Positions 36,159-38,272 of a stretch of DNA of 38,272 nucleotides are shown piece by piece. This stretch comes from Deltaproteobacteria bacterium. Lineage in GTDB: Bacteria; Myxococcota_A; Polyangia; Polyangiales; Houyiibacteriaceae. The DNA lies in the NCBI GenBank assembly GCA_019309605.1, contig JAFDFW010000003.1, positions 1-38,272 on the forward strand, given 5' to 3'. How positions within the stretch are numbered: the stretch's first letter is position 1; each line of letters begins with the position of its first letter. A program made the translations under genes and the position numbers. The notes below the pieces were generated by a model. That model ran no database searches. It saw nothing but the letters and a program-made list of their open reading frames with translations, and was not told where the DNA came from.

Positions 36159-38272
36159 GCACACCAGCGAATTTTCCCGGAGAGCCCGACAGCTCGCCCG
36201 AGATCGCCCGAGAGTTCGGGTTGGCGGAGCACGAATGGGACCGCGTCCTGAGCACGCTCGCGCGCACGCCCAGTTACGCGGAGCTCGGAGTCATCAGCGT
36301 GATGTGGTCCGAGCACTGCTCGTACAAGTCTTCGCGCGTCCATCTCGCGCGGCTGCCCACGACAGGCCCACAGGTCGTTCAGGGGCCCGGAGAGAACGCT
36401 GGCGCCGTGGACATCGGCGACGGCTTCTGCGCGGTCTTCAAAATGGAGTCTCACAACCACCCGTCCTACATCGAGCCATACCAGGGCGCGGCGACAGGCG
36501 TCGGCGGCATCTTGCGGGACGTGTTCACGATGGGCGCGCGCCCGGTGGCATCTCTGAACTCGCTTCGATTCGGGCGGCCGGATCATCCGAAGACCCCTCA
36601 CCTGCTCAAGGGTGTGGTCGCTGGCATTGGTGGCTATGGCAACTGCATCGGTGTGCCCACGGTGGGCGGCGAGGTGCAGTTCGACGCGAGCTACGACGGC
36701 AACATCTTGGTGAACGCTTTCACCGTGGGTATCGCGAAGAGCGAAGATCTCTTCTTCGGAGTGGCCGAAGGCGTCGGCAATCCGATCATCTACGTCGGCG
36801 CGAAGACCGGCCGCGACGGGATTCATGGGGCCACGATGGCCAGCGCCGAGTTCGGCGAAGAGACGGACAGCAAGCTCCCCACTGTGCAGGTCGGCGACCC
36901 GTTCATGGAAAAGCTGCTCCTCGAAGCCTGCCTCGAGATCTTCGCAACCGATTGCCTGTCGGGTGTACAAGACATGGGCGCAGCGGGCCTGACCTCGTCG
37001 TCGGTCGAAATGGCAGACCGCGCTGGCAATGGCATCGAGCTCGACCTGGACGCGATTCCGCGACGAACCAAGGCCCTGAGCCCCTACGAGATGCTCCTGA
37101 GCGAATCGCAGGAGCGCATGCTGATGGTCGCCAAGGACGGGCGCGAGCAAGAGGTGTTCGACCTATGCGCCAAGTGGGACCTGGATGCCTCGATCGTCGG
37201 GCGCGTAACCGACACGGGACGCTTCGTTTGCAAGGCCACGCCGGGGTACGACCCCTTCGACGCCAGCGGCAAACCCGATCCAGTCGTGGTCGTGGATCTG
37301 CCCGTCGATTTGCTTACCAATGCGGCCCCCAAGTACGACCGTCCCCAAGAGGCACGTCCCGACAAGGCGTCGCTGGTCACGATGACGGGCGACGCCCCTG
37401 ATGATCTCGGCGCCGAGCTCGTGCGCCTAATCGGATCGCCCAACATCGGCAGCCGATCTTGGATCTGGCGCCAGTACGACCACATCGTCCGCGATGGCAC
37501 GGTGATTCGCCCAGGCGAAGGCGACGCAGCGGTGATTCGGGTGTTCTGCGAAGATGCTTCCGGAACACGAGAGAAGTTCCTTGCAGTTTCGTCCGATTGC
37601 AACGGGCGGCACGTGGAGCTCGACCCATTCGGCGGGGCAGCGATGGCCGTCGCCGAGTGCACCCGCAACGTCGTATGCGTGGGCGCCAAGCCCCTCGGCC
37701 TCACCGACTGCCTCAACTTCGGCAACCCAGAGGTGCCGGAGCAGATGTGGCGCTTCGCGCAAGCGATTGACGGCTTGGCCGCAGCGTGCACGGCGCTCGG
37801 CGCCCCCGTGGTGTCCGGCAACGTGAGCCTCTACAACGAAACCGACGGCAAGGCGATCCTGCCAACACCGACCGTCGCAGTAGTCGGTCAACTCGAGGAC
37901 CCTGAGCATCGACTGGGCCTCGGATTTGTCCTCGAAGGCGATGTCATCGTGCACCTGGGACGCGCATCTCGAGGCGTGCTCGGGGGCTCGGAGTGGCTCG
38001 TCCAACGCAGCGGGTCGGTGACGGGTGCGCCGGTCGGCATCGACCTCGAAGCTGAGGCCGCGCTTCAGCATGCGATGCTCGATCTCGCCCGCGGCAAGTT
38101 GGTGAAGAGCGCGCACGACATCAGCGACGGCGGCTTCGCCGTGTGCTTGGCCGAAGCGTGCATTGCAAACGGGCACGGCGCGCGAGTCACCCTCCCTTCG
38201 AGCGAAGACGCCCCGGCGCACGCTCTGCTCTTCAGCGAAGAGCCCTCACGCATCATCGTGAGCCTCCCGGCC
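36155..38272 (+). CDS. purL: phosphoribosylformylglycinamidine synthase subunit PurL (3' partial, runs off the window)
   Basis: I translated this by hand from the ATG at 36155. The frame is open for all 706 codons to the window end. Motifs [58 protein letters not shown]. It is absent from the ORF track, presumably because it has no stop in the window. Confidence 0.93.
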   Translation, partial: MSTPANFPGEPDSSPEIAREFGLAEHEWDRVLSTLARTPSYAELGVISVMWSEHCSYKSSRVHLARLPTTGPQVVQGPGENAGAVDIGDGFCAVFKMESHNHPSYIEPYQGAATGVGGILRDVFTMGARPVASLNSLRFGRPDHPKTPHLLKGVVAGIGGYGNCIGVPTVGGEVQFDASYDGNILVNAFTVGIAKSEDLFFGVAEGVGNPIIYVGAKTGRDGIHGATMASAEFGEETDSKLPTVQVGDPFMEKLLLEACLEIFATDCLSGVQDMGAAGLTSSSVEMADRAGNGIELDLDAIPRRTKALSPYEMLLSESQERMLMVAKDGREQEVFDLCAKWDLDASIVGRVTDTGRFVCKATPGYDPFDASGKPDPVVVVDLPVDLLTNAAPKYDRPQEARPDKASLVTMTGDAPDDLGAELVRLIGSPNIGSRSWIWRQYDHIVRDGTVIRPGEGDAAVIRVFCEDASGTREKFLAVSSDCNGRHVELDPFGGAAMAVAECTRNVVCVGAKPLGLTDCLNFGNPEVPEQMWRFAQAIDGLAAACTALGAPVVSGNVSLYNETDGKAILPTPTVAVVGQLEDPEHRLGLGFVLEGDVIVHLGRASRGVLGGSEWLVQRSGSVTGAPVGIDLEAEAALQHAMLDLARGKLVKSAHDISDGGFAVCLAEACIANGHGARVTLPSSEDAPAHALLFSEEPSRIIVSLPA

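Noticed and set aside
36140-38221. Minus-strand ORFs of 336, 245 and 264 aa, plus the plus-strand 388-aa ORF (36235-37401), in the purL region.
   Set aside because: The purL frame from 36155 is open to the window end and carries all the FGAM synthase motifs. The listed ORFs are in other frames or antisense and have no motif support.

Overview
38.3 kb of high-GC (roughly 60-70% in the stretches I sampled) bacterial chromosome. The gene content, including an MglA-family GTPase, suggests a Myxococcota-type deltaproteobacterium, but that is inference only. I found no rRNA, tRNA, CRISPR array, transposase or integrase.

Layout:
(1) 342-16950, minus strand: a complete, tightly packed dcw cluster, mraZ-rsmH-ftsL-ftsI-murE-murF-mraY-murD-ftsW-murG-murC-ftsQ-ftsA-ftsZ. 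Most junctions are 1-4 nt stop/start overlaps. There is no murB or ddl. A candidate Pmra promoter and a three-box MraZ operator lie upstream.
(2) 17269-20625, plus strand: small tail-anchored protein, MglA-like GTPase, soluble PocR-like histidine kinase and thiL, all closely spaced or overlapping.
(3) 20560-24803, minus strand: FolB-cupin fusion, SDR, pyrR, pyrB and namZ (DUF1343).
(4) 24853-27087, plus strand: class I aminotransferase and a Dam-family MTase with no nuclease partner.
(5) 27098-31199, minus strand: alr, mlaE, mlaF and an MFS gene that lacks its first TM helix.
(6) Glutaminyl cyclase (plus), converging on a beta-class N6/N4 DNA MTase that also has no nuclease partner (minus).
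(7) 33110-38272, plus strand: thiS-thiG-thiE, an S26 signal-peptidase homologue with its catalytic residues replaced, purQ, and purL (3' partial).

Most notable observations:
- A perfect 17-bp tandem duplication removes the SDR stop codon and puts the SDR in frame with pyrR.
- The MglA-like GTPase is translationally coupled to a soluble histidine kinase, with no MglB nearby, directly divergent from the dcw promoter.
- The S26 peptidase homologue appears catalytically dead.
- A catalytically intact FolB domain is fused to a metal-binding cupin.
- Two DNA MTases have no restriction partner.
- The MFS and thiL gene ends look anomalous.

Many long ORFs in the supplied track are high-GC antisense or upstream-extension artefacts. 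I trimmed them to starts supported by conserved N-termini and stop/start coupling.
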